64,000 bases of DNA from Roseibium sp. (GTDB taxonomy: Bacteria; Pseudomonadota; Alphaproteobacteria; Rhizobiales; Stappiaceae). The position numbers were made by a program, and so were the translations under genes. The notes below the pieces were generated by a model. It saw nothing but the letters and a program-made list of their open reading frames with translations. It was not told the origin of the DNA and made no database searches. The stretch is from contig CBDDLN010000002.1 of assembly GCA_965230705.1 (NCBI GenBank), positions 2,052,339 through 2,116,338 of the forward strand. Reading direction: 5' to 3'. Below are positions 47,986 through 58,193 of this stretch, piece after piece. Position 1 is the first letter of the stretch; every line of letters begins with the position of its first letter.

Positions 47986-49039
47986 TGAAACCTCCTGCAA
48001 GCGAAAGAGCACCGGCCAGTTCCAAGGCAATCGTGTCACGAAGGCTATTGATGGTCAGAAGCAAGACCTTGAAGCGGCCGTAGGCCTCGTTGTCGCGAAG
48101 GCTGGTTCGAACCGGAGGCTCAATGCCACCAAGGATTTTCTGGGCATTTTGAAATTCAAACGCCAGGGATGAAGGCAACCAGGCAAACTCTTCGGCCAGC
48201 AACCCGTCATATTCAAGCGCTTTCAGAGCCGCATCTATCCCATCCAGTTCAGCAGCAACATAAACAAGACCATTGCCTGATCTCGAAAACGGCACCCGAT
48301 GAGGCTTTGGCTTGCCCGGGCCCTTGCCCAGCGCCGGTAGAATGTCCTGGTCCTTGGTTACAATCAGACCGGTCACAAGTGCATTGAAGATTGTCTCCAT
48401 GGCATCTTGCGAGGAACGGATCTGGTTGTGATCCGGGCTCGGCGACAACAGAACCGAGCTGTATCCATTCGGATCGTTCCAGGCTTTCGAAACCGCGTCC
48501 GAGATCCCGGCCACGTTAACGGCAATCGCCTGCGCGTATTGGCAAGTGAATTCACGGGTCTCTCCAGCCTCACCAAGTACAACTGCACCGTCGCGGTTGA
48601 AGGCAATGAGCTGAAGCGCAGTCAGTCCCTGCAAGGCGACGCTTTTCCCGGTCAGCGTTGCGGCATCCGTCACCTTTTGGTCGCGTGCGGCAAAGACCTT
48701 GCGGATTTGCCTTTGAGCCGTACCGCGCGCATCCGGCAAGAACGCCAGCCGGCTCAGCCTGTCTTCTTCAACAAGCGGCCCAAACCTCAGGAAACCAACC
48801 CGGGCAAATGACACTACCGTTTCGCCATAAGCCTCCGCGAACGCGGATCTGGTTGCATCAGACGGCTCGGAACAGACCACAGATACTGCATCCGGCAGTT
48901 TGGCGCTCGCGACAGCCATTCGCTCCGCCGCGGGTCGGATATAGGTTCGAATGACGCCGTCGACATTTGCCGAAAAGTCTGCAGGCCAGGCTGGGCCAGC
49001 GAGCGTGCAGCAGAGTGTAACGAGGGCCAGGATGCGCAT
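47966..49039 (-). CDS. Imelysin-family protein (second, degenerate paralogue)
   Basis: Signal peptide, FLRFGPL, SVALQGLTAL, ALSLAGGFNALDGD (FN.xDGD terminus). Confidence 0.85.
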   Translation of the reverse strand: MRILALVTLCCTLAGPAWPADFSANVDGVIRTYIRPAAERMAVASAKLPDAVSVVCSEPSDATRSAFAEAYGETVVSFARVGFLRFGPLVEEDRLSRLAFLPDARGTAQRQIRKVFAARDQKVTDAATLTGKSVALQGLTALQLIAFNRDGAVVLGEAGETREFTCQYAQAIAVNVAGISDAVSKAWNDPNGYSSVLLSPSPDHNQIRSSQDAMETIFNALVTGLIVTKDQDILPALGKGPGKPKPHRVPFSRSGNGLVYVAAELDGIDAALKALEYDGLLAEEFAWLPSSLAFEFQNAQKILGGIEPPVRTSLRDNEAYGRFKVLLLTINSLRDTIALELAGALSLAGGFNALDGD

Positions 49040-50599
49040 TCAAAGCGACTCCAAAAAGCGGACAAGCGCCGCGCGGTCTTCAGGTTCGAGCTCAACCACC
49101 CGATCGCGGACGGCCTGAGCTTCGCCGCCATGCCATAGCACAGCCTCAAGGAGATTGCGCGCCCGGCCATCGTGCAGGAAGCGGGTGTGTTTGTTGACGG
49201 TTTCGGTCAGGCCAATGCCCCAAAGCGGCGGTGTGCGCCACTCAGAGCCTGACGCATCGCCCACGGGCCGTCCGTCGGAAAGCCCTTCACCCATATCGTG
49301 CAGCAGCATGTCGGAATACGGCCAGATCAGCTGGAATTGATGCGCCTTGTTATCCTCATTCCGGCTGGTCACAAATTTCGGCTGGTGGCACTTGGCGCAG
49401 CCAATCTCATGAAAGACTTGCTTGCCGCGCAGGACATTCGGATCGTCCACATCGCGGCGCGTCGGAACAGCCAGGTTTTCTGAGTAAAAGGTAACGAGGT
49501 CCATCACAGGATCGGGCGCTTCCGTCGGCCCGAGACGCGCCTGTTCGCCATGCGGCATTTTCCGGCACTCGGGCTGCGCTTTCGTGCAATCACCCCAAGG
49601 TTCCGGCAGGTCGGGAGAACCGATGCCGATGTCTCCAGCAAATGCCGCCGCAGTTTGTGCCCTGATAGTTGGGTTGGAGGCTTTCCAGCCAAACCGGCCC
49701 AGCTCCAGTTCACCAGTTGCCGGATTGCGTACCCGACTGACTTTTCCGGAGATCCCATCGCCATCTGCATCCTCTGGGTCGGCAAGGTCTTCGATGTCGC
49801 CTGCGTGAATTGCCTGAAGCAGACCCAAACCGATCATCGGCGGTGCGACACGAGGAGAGAACAGTGTTTCTGGATGCATATCGCCGAAACCGAGGTCGCG
49901 GATCTTGTAGACCGGCTTCTGCAACATGACCGTTTCGCCGCCATTCAACGGAACTTCAATTTCCTCGTGCTCAATGTCGAACCGGCCCTCACCGGAAAGT
50001 CCGGTAACGGCAAAGGCCTGCAACTGGCCGCCATAGGTGGGTTCTGGAATACGCAGTAGGGTTTTATCGGCAAGTGCGGCACGATGTGCCTCTGTTTGCG
50101 GCGGGATGGAAAGCCGTAGAAAGAGCGAAACTGCCTTGTCGCCCGGGCGTGGCGGGCGGCCACGTCCGTCCTTCAGGTGGCAACCCTGGCAGGAACGGGC
50201 GTTGTAAAGCGGCCCAAGCCCATCGGATGCCTGTGTCGAAGATGGCGACGACGTCCACAGTTTCTCAAAGAGGGCATCACCTAGCCTGAAAGTTTGCTCT
50301 TCTTCAAACGTCAGATTGGCGGAAGGGTGGGAGAAGGAATCGCGATTGGTGCGCTTTTGAGACGTGGCGGCTCCACCCTGCATTACCTCGAACGCTTCGG
50401 GTTTGGAAAAGTCGGCAGGTGCGGCCAGAACCTTTGCAACGCGAGCGCGGTCCTCGGCACTCAAATCATCGCGGTGGGATAGGGGGGCATCTGCCTCAGC
50501 AGAAAAGGCAAGAAGAACTGAACCGAGCAGCAAGCCCGGCCACATCAACCGTGTCATCGGCATAAAACCAAGTGTTCGCATCCAAAATCGGAGCCGCAT
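49040..50599 (-). CDS. Di-heme oxidoreductase (DHOR) family protein
   Basis: GLGPLYNARSCQGCH and GCAKCH (two CxxCH), WRTPPLWG, HDGRAR; start uncertain (50557-50599). Confidence 0.9.
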   Translation of the reverse strand: MRLRFWMRTLGFMPMTRLMWPGLLLGSVLLAFSAEADAPLSHRDDLSAEDRARVAKVLAAPADFSKPEAFEVMQGGAATSQKRTNRDSFSHPSANLTFEEEQTFRLGDALFEKLWTSSPSSTQASDGLGPLYNARSCQGCHLKDGRGRPPRPGDKAVSLFLRLSIPPQTEAHRAALADKTLLRIPEPTYGGQLQAFAVTGLSGEGRFDIEHEEIEVPLNGGETVMLQKPVYKIRDLGFGDMHPETLFSPRVAPPMIGLGLLQAIHAGDIEDLADPEDADGDGISGKVSRVRNPATGELELGRFGWKASNPTIRAQTAAAFAGDIGIGSPDLPEPWGDCTKAQPECRKMPHGEQARLGPTEAPDPVMDLVTFYSENLAVPTRRDVDDPNVLRGKQVFHEIGCAKCHQPKFVTSRNEDNKAHQFQLIWPYSDMLLHDMGEGLSDGRPVGDASGSEWRTPPLWGIGLTETVNKHTRFLHDGRARNLLEAVLWHGGEAQAVRDRVVELEPEDRAALVRFLESL

Positions 50600-50665
50600 C
50601 CCTCCTAACACAGCGCCCCGAAAAAACGGCCAGCGGCAAAGAGCCGCTGGCCGCATTTACAAGTC

Positions 50666-51925
50666 TTACTCGAATACAGCTTTCGGGTCGTCGAGGCTGT
50701 CAGAGCCTTCAAAGGCAATGTCTTCAAGCTCCAGAGCCTTCACGACTCGCTCGATGGATTTGGTCTGGTCAACCAGCGCGTCAACAGCAGCCTGAATGAC
50801 CGCGTTGCCTTCCTCATTGCCTTCACCGATCATCTGGTCGTAGGCCTCACCGCCTTCTGCACGCGTCTTCATGACTTCAAACGCAGCCAGCGTCGCATCC
50901 AGCTTCGCCTTCATTTCGTCGGCAAGGGCCGGGTCCTTGGCCGCAACCATGTCAGCGAGAGACGCGCCGGAAACATCGTTTCCGCCAACGCTCTTGTACT
51001 TGCCGAAGTAGACGTTCCGGATGCCGACCACGTCATTGTAGTGAGACATGTGCGTGTTGTCGGCGAAGCAGTCATGCTCTTCTTCCGGATCATGCAGCAT
51101 CAGGCCAAGCTTGATGCGCTCGCCTGCAAGTTCGCCGTAGGACAGGGAACCCATCCCGGTCAGGATGGTCGCAAGGCCACCCTTTTCGCCTTTGCCGTCA
51201 AGTTCTTTGCGGGCGTCTCCACCGGGCGCCCAGGCTGCAACCATTTCCTCAAGGTCGGAAATCAGAAGATCCGTCGCGGCCTGCAGGTACTGGGCACGGC
51301 GCTCGCAATTGCCGTTGGTGCAGTTCGCCGGATCAAAGTCAGTTGCCGGACGGTTGCCTGCGCCTGCGTCTGTGCCATTCAGGTCCTGTCCCCAGAGCAT
51401 AAACTCGATGGCGTGGTAGCCGGTGGTAACGTTGGCTTCTACTTCGCCGGCTTCGTGCAGGCTTTGAAGCAGCTCCGGATTGATCTTGGACGCATCGATG
51501 GTCTCACCGCCGACCTTCAGTGTCGGATTGGCAACTACGTTGGCAGTGTAGAAATCGTTTTCTTCCGATTCAGAGCCATAGGACTCATCAACATAGTCAA
51601 TCAGGCCTTCGTCCAGCGGCCAGGCGTTTACCTTGCCTTCCCAGTTATCGACGATGGCGTTGCCGAAGCGGTAGGCTTCGGTCTGCTGGTATGGATTACG
51701 GGCTTCGATCCAGGCTGCACGGGCCGCAGCCAGCGTCTCGTCGTTTGGATTTGCAACGAAGGCATCAACGGCCGTTTTCAGGGTCTTTGCGGTTGCGAGC
51801 GAATCCTTGAAGGTAGCCTCTGCAACATCGCCATAAGTCGTCAAAACATCAGCCGGTGCCGCGGCAAACGCCGGTGCGGTGAGCGCGGTGGAAACGGCCA
51901 GCAAACCGATTTTGAGAAATTTCAT
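50666..51925 (-). CDS. Imelysin / IrpA-like iron-regulated protein
   Basis: Signal peptide, VNAWPLDEGLIDYV, TGYHAIEFMLWG (HxxE), EEEHDCFADNTH. Confidence 0.92.
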   Translation of the reverse strand: MKFLKIGLLAVSTALTAPAFAAAPADVLTTYGDVAEATFKDSLATAKTLKTAVDAFVANPNDETLAAARAAWIEARNPYQQTEAYRFGNAIVDNWEGKVNAWPLDEGLIDYVDESYGSESEENDFYTANVVANPTLKVGGETIDASKINPELLQSLHEAGEVEANVTTGYHAIEFMLWGQDLNGTDAGAGNRPATDFDPANCTNGNCERRAQYLQAATDLLISDLEEMVAAWAPGGDARKELDGKGEKGGLATILTGMGSLSYGELAGERIKLGLMLHDPEEEHDCFADNTHMSHYNDVVGIRNVYFGKYKSVGGNDVSGASLADMVAAKDPALADEMKAKLDATLAAFEVMKTRAEGGEAYDQMIGEGNEEGNAVIQAAVDALVDQTKSIERVVKALELEDIAFEGSDSLDDPKAVFE

Positions 51926-51983
51926 TGATGATTTCCTTTCAACTTCAATGAGAGATGGCGGACAGGTGTTGACCCTGCACCAG

Positions 51984-52481
51984 TTAGTGGCGGATGCGGC
52001 TGGCAAATTGCTTCAACGGGCAATCATCCAGCGGCAGATCCGATAAGGTGATGGTTTCAAGGACCAGCCCGCTTTCCTTCAGGGCCGAGCCAAATTCGCG
52101 GGCGGAATACAGGGTTTCACCAAGGCCTGTTTCGGACACCAGGGCAGAACCAATAGCGGTCAGCGCCGCGTCGTCATCCGACTGGGCCGCCGCAATAAGG
52201 GAAGCAACCAGGCACTCATCCTGACAAAGCTTCCGGCAATTGTATGGAAACAGGCAGAGCCGGCGGATGCCATGGGCATTCAACGCACGCGCATAGTGGA
52301 CAAGCTCGGAACTAGGTTTGCGTGCCCGCTCGCCGCCGAGCTCGGCTTTGTAGAATTGCCAGGCAAGCTCCCAGCACCCGGCATCCGCCGTGTCATAACC
52401 AGCCATCATCCGGCGCACACCTTCGACGACCAGGCGTTCAGGCTGGTGGGTCATGTCAATGGCGATTTGGTGACCGGACAT
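51984..52481 (-). CDS. Cys-rich hypothetical protein heading the imelysin operon
   Basis: Plausible 165-aa ORF, co-oriented, 58 bp from the next gene; C-x5-C-x3-C-x3-C cluster. Confidence 0.75.
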   Translation of the reverse strand: MSGHQIAIDMTHQPERLVVEGVRRMMAGYDTADAGCWELAWQFYKAELGGERARKPSSELVHYARALNAHGIRRLCLFPYNCRKLCQDECLVASLIAAAQSDDDAALTAIGSALVSETGLGETLYSAREFGSALKESGLVLETITLSDLPLDDCPLKQFASRIRH

Positions 52482-52572
52482 TTTCTGCTCATGGATTGAG
52501 AGACGCGCTATCTGCCGCAGGAATCAATTTATGAGAAAAAAAGTCAAGATAAAATTACAATAAAATCAATAG

Positions 52573-52589
52573 ATTAGAATTTTTCTAAA
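52573..52589. promoter_or_regulatory. Irr box (iron control element)
   Basis: ATTAGAA-TTT-TTCTAAA, one mismatch to TTTAGAA-N3-TTCTAAA. Confidence 0.8.
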
Positions 52590-52721
52590 CTGGAGTTTTC
52601 GACACCACAATATAAACTCGGATCAGAATTTCCCTGCATTCTCAGTCCAGCCAAGAGTCGGGATTGCGATGACAGGCCGAAGATCTTACGTTTTGGGAGA
52701 TACAGAAACCGGACAAACTTC

Positions 52722-53195
52722 ATGCTGACCGCATTTAAACAATTCATTCGGGAAATCACGCTTGGCGAAAGCGGCAAGACCTTTGCTGAGGATGATCATA
52801 GACTTGCCGCAGCAGCACTTTTATTCCATCTCATCGATGTCGACGGCGTTATCGACGATACGGAAAGCAGCAAACTGCAAGAGATCCTGCAGGATCACTA
52901 CAGTCTGACGGAAGCGGAAACCAAAGAGCTGATCAAGATCGCCAAACTCAGGGACAGCGAAGCCGTCGACCTGTACGGGTTCACGTCCATCTTGAAGCGC
53001 AAGACCGATGAAGCAGAGCGGCTGGCGATCGTCGAAATGATGTGGGAGGTCGTTTATGCCGACGGCCATGTCCATGAGTTTGAGGACAATACCATCTGGC
53101 GTGTTGCCGAACTGCTTGGCGTTTCTACGCGCGATCGGATGACGCTTCGTCAAAAAGTCGCCAAGTCAGCGCCTGGGACCGACGAAAATCCGTAA
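52722..53195 (+). CDS. TerB-like protein
   Basis: AAAALLFHLIDVDG, DLYGFT, MMWEVVYADG, WRVAELLGV. Confidence 0.9.
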   Translation: MLTAFKQFIREITLGESGKTFAEDDHRLAAAALLFHLIDVDGVIDDTESSKLQEILQDHYSLTEAETKELIKIAKLRDSEAVDLYGFTSILKRKTDEAERLAIVEMMWEVVYADGHVHEFEDNTIWRVAELLGVSTRDRMTLRQKVAKSAPGTDENP

Positions 53196-53269
53196 CTTTC
53201 TGGCGGGATAATGCGGTTTGCACCGGTTTGAACTGGATCACCGGCGCCAGCTGCCCCATACTGAGATTC

Positions 53270-54025
53270 ATGAGACTGGACACCTACGCACACAGCACCC
53301 GGCCCAAAATTCTGGTCATCCTGCATCAGGAAAACTCCTCGCCAGGGCGGGTTGGACAGCACCTGATCCAACGTGGCTTTGCCCTAGATATCCGCAAACC
53401 AAGGTTTGGTGACACATTACCCGACACCATGGACGGACACGCCGGAGCCGTTATTTTTGGCGGCCCGATGAGCGCGAATGATCCCGACGGTTTCGTGCAC
53501 AAGGAAATCGACTGGATCAAGGTCCCTCTACGCGAGCAAAAACCGTTTCTTGGCATTTGCCTGGGTGCTCAGATGATGGTGAAGCACCTGGGCGGCACCG
53601 TATCCGGCCACACCGACGAACTGGTCGAGATCGGCTACTATCCGTTGCACCCAACCGCTGCCGGCAAAGACCTTATGGACTGGCCCGCCAAGGTCTACCA
53701 ATGGCACAGGGAAGGCTTCAATGTTCCCTCCGGTGCCGAGCTGCTTGCCGGCGGTCCGACTTATCCAAACCAGGCGATCCGAGTCGGACCCGCGGCCTAT
53801 GGCATCCAGTTTCACCCAGAGCTCACCCATCAGATGATGGTCCGCTGGACGACAAAAGGCGCCCCGCGCATGACCCTTCCAGGCGCCCAGCACCGCCGGG
53901 ATCATTTCGCCGGGCGTTTTGTTCACGATCCGGCCGTCCAGAAATGGCTGCACAACTTTCTGGATATCTGGATTGGAACAGCACAAGCCCCGGCAAAGCC
54001 CTGCGTGCTGAAGGCTGCGGAGTAA
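53270..54025 (+). CDS. Class I glutamine amidotransferase-like protein
   Basis: GGPMSAND, GICLGAQ, QFHPE triad. Confidence 0.92.
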   Translation: MRLDTYAHSTRPKILVILHQENSSPGRVGQHLIQRGFALDIRKPRFGDTLPDTMDGHAGAVIFGGPMSANDPDGFVHKEIDWIKVPLREQKPFLGICLGAQMMVKHLGGTVSGHTDELVEIGYYPLHPTAAGKDLMDWPAKVYQWHREGFNVPSGAELLAGGPTYPNQAIRVGPAAYGIQFHPELTHQMMVRWTTKGAPRMTLPGAQHRRDHFAGRFVHDPAVQKWLHNFLDIWIGTAQAPAKPCVLKAAE

Positions 54026-54133
54026 TTCACCGCGACAGGCCGCCGACTATTTTGCCGGCACCTTTATCGAAAAATGATTGCCGAGCCGTACCCGGCAATC
54101 AAATGATTTGACGCTAATTGGGCGACAAGTTGT

Positions 54134-57100
54134 TCAGCTCTCGAACACTACCAACAGGTCTTTTGCATCAATCTGGGATCCCGGCGACACCAGAACCTCA
54201 GCGACCTTGCCATCGCGTTCCGCGTGGAGCGCGGTTTCCATCTTCATGGCTTCGATGGAAACAAGAACGTCGCCGGCTTTGACGTCCTGACCGGCTGCGA
54301 CGGCAACAGTGGAAATAACACCTGGCATTGGCGCACCAACGTGAGCGGCATTTCCGTCTTCTGCCTTGCGCATCGCCGCAGCGCCGACAGCACCATGGGC
54401 GCGGTCCGGAACCTTGACGTTGCGCGGTTGACCGTTGAGTTCGAAGAAGACTTTCTTCTCGCCCTTTTCGTCGGTCTCACCGATTGCCTGACAGCGGACC
54501 ACAAGGGTCTTGCCCGGTTCCAGATCAACGAAGATCTCATCGCCCGGTTCAAGGCCGTAGAAGTAGACCGGTGTCGGCAGAACGGATGTCGGCCCATATT
54601 GCTGCTGCGCCTTGTCGAAGTCAGTGAAGACCTTCGGATACATCAGATAGGAGGCCAATTCCGTATCGTCGATGTCGTGACCTGCAGCAGAGGCTGCTGT
54701 CGCGCGCTCTGCTTCCAGGTCAGCATCGTCCAGCAAAGAGCCCGGACGCACCGTGATCGGCTTGTCGCCTTTAAGCGCCTTGTCCTGCAAGGACTTCGGC
54801 CATCCACCCGGAGATTGCCCAAGATCACCGTGAAGCATCTTCACAACGCTGTCCGGGAAGGCAACATCCTTCCTGGGATCTTCAACATCTGCAACGCTGA
54901 GGCCCTGGCTGACCATCATCAACGCCATGTCGCCGACAACCTTGGACGAAGGCGTCACCTTGACGATATCGCCGAACATCTGGTTGGCGTCCGCATAGGC
55001 TTGCGCCACTTCGTGCCAGCGGGTTTCGAGACCCAAAGACCGCGCCTGTTCTTTCAGGTTGGTGAACTGGCCGCCCGGCATTTCATGCAGATAGACTTCT
55101 GATGCACCGAAACGCAGATCGCTTTCGAATGCGCGGTATTGCGTGCGAACAGCTTCCCAATAGAAGGAAATCTGGCGGATGGTCTTTGCGTCCAGACCCG
55201 TGTCGCGCTCAGTGCCACGCAGGGCTTCGACAATAGAGCCAAGGCATGGCTGAGACGTTAGGCCGGAGAGCGCGTCCATTGCAGCGTCAACCGCATCAAC
55301 ACCAGCTTCAACCGCGGCCAGAATAGTGGAAGCGGCAATGCCGGATGTGTCATGCGTGTGGAAGTGGATCGGCAGGCCGACCTCGTCCTTCAACGCCTTG
55401 ACCAGAACCTTTGCCGCCTGCGGCTTCAAGAGGCCGGCCATATCCTTGATACCAAGGATGTGCGCACCAGCTGCTTCAAGTTCCTTGGCAAGGCCGACAT
55501 AGTATTTCAGGTCGTATTTCGGCCGGGCGCTGTCCAGCATGTCGCCGGTATAACAAAGGACACCTTCGCAGAGCTTGCCTGTTTCCTGAACCGCATCCAT
55601 GGAAACGCGCATGTTTTCGACCCAGTTCAAGCAGTCGAAGACACGGAAGAGGTCGATGCCATTTTCCGCCGCCTGATGGACGAAATACTTGACCACATTG
55701 TCCGGGTAGTTGGTGTAACCAACACCGTTGGAGCCGCGCAGCAGCATCTGAAGCAGAATGTTCGGCGCTTTCTCGCGGATCTGATGCAGGCGCTCCCATG
55801 GACTTTCCGTCAGAAAGCGCATGGAAACGTCAAACGTCGCACCACCCCAGCATTCCAGCGAGAAGAGGCTTGGAAGACCGGTCGCATAGCTTTCGGCAAT
55901 GTTGACGATGTCATGAGACCGCATGCGGGTTGCGAGCAGCGACTGGTGACCGTCCCGCATGGTGGTGTCGGTGATCAACGCCCGCTTCTGATCCTTCATC
56001 CAGTCGGCAAAGCCCTTCGGGCCCAGCTCGTCCAGAAGCTCTCGGGTGCCTTTCGGCTTGTCATCTCCAAAGTCCGGGATAATCGGCGCTGCCACGTCTT
56101 TCGGCGGGCGAACGCGATCTTTCGTTTCCGGGTGGCCGTTGACCGAGACATCAGCGATATACGTCAGAAGCTTGGTCGCCCGGTCCTGACGTTTTGTCTG
56201 TTCAAACAGCGCTGGCGTATCGTCGATAAACCGCGTGGTGTAGTTCTGCGCCCGGAAATCTTCATGGTCGATGATGTTTTCCAGGAAGACCAGGTTGGTC
56301 GCGACACCGCGAATACGGAATTCGCGCAAGGCACGATCCATCCGCTTGCGGGCATCTTCAGCCGTCGGCGCCCAGGCAGTTACCTTTTCCAGAAGCGGAT
56401 CGTAGTAGCGGGTGATCACAGCGCCGGAATAGGCCGTGCCGCCATCGAGGCGAATTCCGAAGCCGGTCGCACCGCGATATGCGGTAATGCGGCCATAGTC
56501 CGGAATGAAGTTCTGCTCCGGGTCTTCGGTCGTGATACGGCACTGAAGGGCGTGGCCGTTGAGACGGATTTTGTCTTGAGCCGGAACACCGCTTTTTGCC
56601 GTGCCGATCTTTTCGCCATCGGCGATGTGAATTTGCGCCTGCACAATATCGATGCCGGTGACTTCTTCAGTCACCGTGTGCTCGACCTGAACGCGCGGGT
56701 TCACTTCGATGAAATAGATGGCGCCCGTATCCGCATCCATCAGGAATTCAACGGTACCAGCGCCGCGGTAGTTCACGGCGCGGCCAATCTTCAGGCCGTA
56801 TTCGCAAAGTTCCTTGCGCTTGTCTTCTTCCAGGTAAGGCGCGGGAGCACGCTCGACAACCTTCTGATGACGTCGCTGGATTGAACAATCACGCTCAAAA
56901 AGATGAACGACGTTTTCGCCGTCACCCAGGATCTGAACTTCAACGTGACGGGCACGCTGAACCAGTTTCTCCAGGTAAATCTCATCCTTGCCGAACGCAG
57001 CTTTAGCTTCGCGTTTGGCTGCCAGAACTTCCTTTTCCAGCGTTGCTTCGTCCGGAATGACGCGCATACCGCGTCCGCCGCCACCCCAGGAGGCTTTCAG

Positions 57101-57574
57101 CATCACCGGATAACCGATTTCCAGCGCCTGACGCTTGATCTCATTGATATCATCGGGCAGCGGGTCAGTTGCTGGCATCACCGGCACACCAGCTTCAATC
57201 GCCAGATTGCGCGCTGCGACCTTGTTGCCAAGGCGGCGCATGGTTTCAGACTTCGGACCAATGAAGGTAATGCCTGCTTCTTCACAGGCGTCGACGAATT
57301 CCGGGCTTTCGGAGAGAAGTCCATATCCAGGATGGATAGCGTCCGCGCCGGCGTGTTTGGCAACACGGATAATCTCGTCGATAGAGAGATAGGCCTCAAT
57401 CGGCCCCAGACCTTTGCCGACCTGATAGGCTTCATCGGACTTGAACCTATGCAGAGCCAATTTATCTTGCTCTGCATAGATCGCGACAGTCTTCAGTCCG
57501 AGTTCATTGGCCGCCCGGAATACGCGAATTGCGATTTCCGAACGGTTAGCGACGAGAATCTTGCGTATTGCCAA
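54134..57574 (-). CDS. pyc: Pyruvate carboxylase
   Basis: KILVANRSEIA, DCSIQRRHQK, RDGHQSLLATR, HEMPGGQ, biotin motif EAMKM; TTG 57574 after GGAG. Confidence 0.98.
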   Translation of the reverse strand: MAIRKILVANRSEIAIRVFRAANELGLKTVAIYAEQDKLALHRFKSDEAYQVGKGLGPIEAYLSIDEIIRVAKHAGADAIHPGYGLLSESPEFVDACEEAGITFIGPKSETMRRLGNKVAARNLAIEAGVPVMPATDPLPDDINEIKRQALEIGYPVMLKASWGGGGRGMRVIPDEATLEKEVLAAKREAKAAFGKDEIYLEKLVQRARHVEVQILGDGENVVHLFERDCSIQRRHQKVVERAPAPYLEEDKRKELCEYGLKIGRAVNYRGAGTVEFLMDADTGAIYFIEVNPRVQVEHTVTEEVTGIDIVQAQIHIADGEKIGTAKSGVPAQDKIRLNGHALQCRITTEDPEQNFIPDYGRITAYRGATGFGIRLDGGTAYSGAVITRYYDPLLEKVTAWAPTAEDARKRMDRALREFRIRGVATNLVFLENIIDHEDFRAQNYTTRFIDDTPALFEQTKRQDRATKLLTYIADVSVNGHPETKDRVRPPKDVAAPIIPDFGDDKPKGTRELLDELGPKGFADWMKDQKRALITDTTMRDGHQSLLATRMRSHDIVNIAESYATGLPSLFSLECWGGATFDVSMRFLTESPWERLHQIREKAPNILLQMLLRGSNGVGYTNYPDNVVKYFVHQAAENGIDLFRVFDCLNWVENMRVSMDAVQETGKLCEGVLCYTGDMLDSARPKYDLKYYVGLAKELEAAGAHILGIKDMAGLLKPQAAKVLVKALKDEVGLPIHFHTHDTSGIAASTILAAVEAGVDAVDAAMDALSGLTSQPCLGSIVEALRGTERDTGLDAKTIRQISFYWEAVRTQYRAFESDLRFGASEVYLHEMPGGQFTNLKEQARSLGLETRWHEVAQAYADANQMFGDIVKVTPSSKVVGDMALMMVSQGLSVADVEDPRKDVAFPDSVVKMLHGDLGQSPGGWPKSLQDKALKGDKPITVRPGSLLDDADLEAERATAASAAGHDIDDTELASYLMYPKVFTDFDKAQQQYGPTSVLPTPVYFYGLEPGDEIFVDLEPGKTLVVRCQAIGETDEKGEKKVFFELNGQPRNVKVPDRAHGAVGAAAMRKAEDGNAAHVGAPMPGVISTVAVAAGQDVKAGDVLVSIEAMKMETALHAERDGKVAEVLVSPGSQIDAKDLLVVFES

Positions 57575-58193
57575 CAGCACATCTCCCAACTACCGGCGCA
57601 CTGCATGGCCGCAGCGCTGCTTCAGGGGGGTTCTACTTTGGTCTTAACGGCATGAAAAGGGGCAGTGACTATGTCCTATTCATTTTTTTCGAAAGTTCTT
57701 CATGGAAATGGAATAAATATGGCTTTTTTAAACAGGAGATCACTGGAATTTGGTGATCCCGCTGACCAATCCTTAATTCCTGATCCTCACAACGCGCCAA
57801 AATCCAAACCTCTGTTCCATACCGGAACAGAAATCTGAAGTGGGCATTCCAGCTCTTTTTCCGCCGCCGATTTCAAGCACACCAGATCTGGTTTAGCCTT
57901 TGGGCCAGCCACGACATGTGGTTAGAACAGACCCGCAACACGCAAGAATTACCGATTCGTCTTACATCTGTTCGCACTTCGTCCGCAGATTAATCGCAGA
58001 AGAAAAAACACGGTCTTCTCGTTAACCAAACATCTGTGCTTGACACGATTCCGAAGCATATCAGTGCCATTCAAAAGAGAACGCGGAACCTGACACAAAG
58101 ATTCAGCATATCGTGGCAATTCTGATCGCTGGTGCCATATATCGTATAGAACGAACCCTGAATCTCCGAGAGTCGTCGATTCGGTCGAGTTTT

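Noticed and set aside
58046-58075. CTTGAC...CATATC as the helicase promoter
   Set aside because: The 12-bp spacer fits neither the RpoD nor the RpoH consensus.
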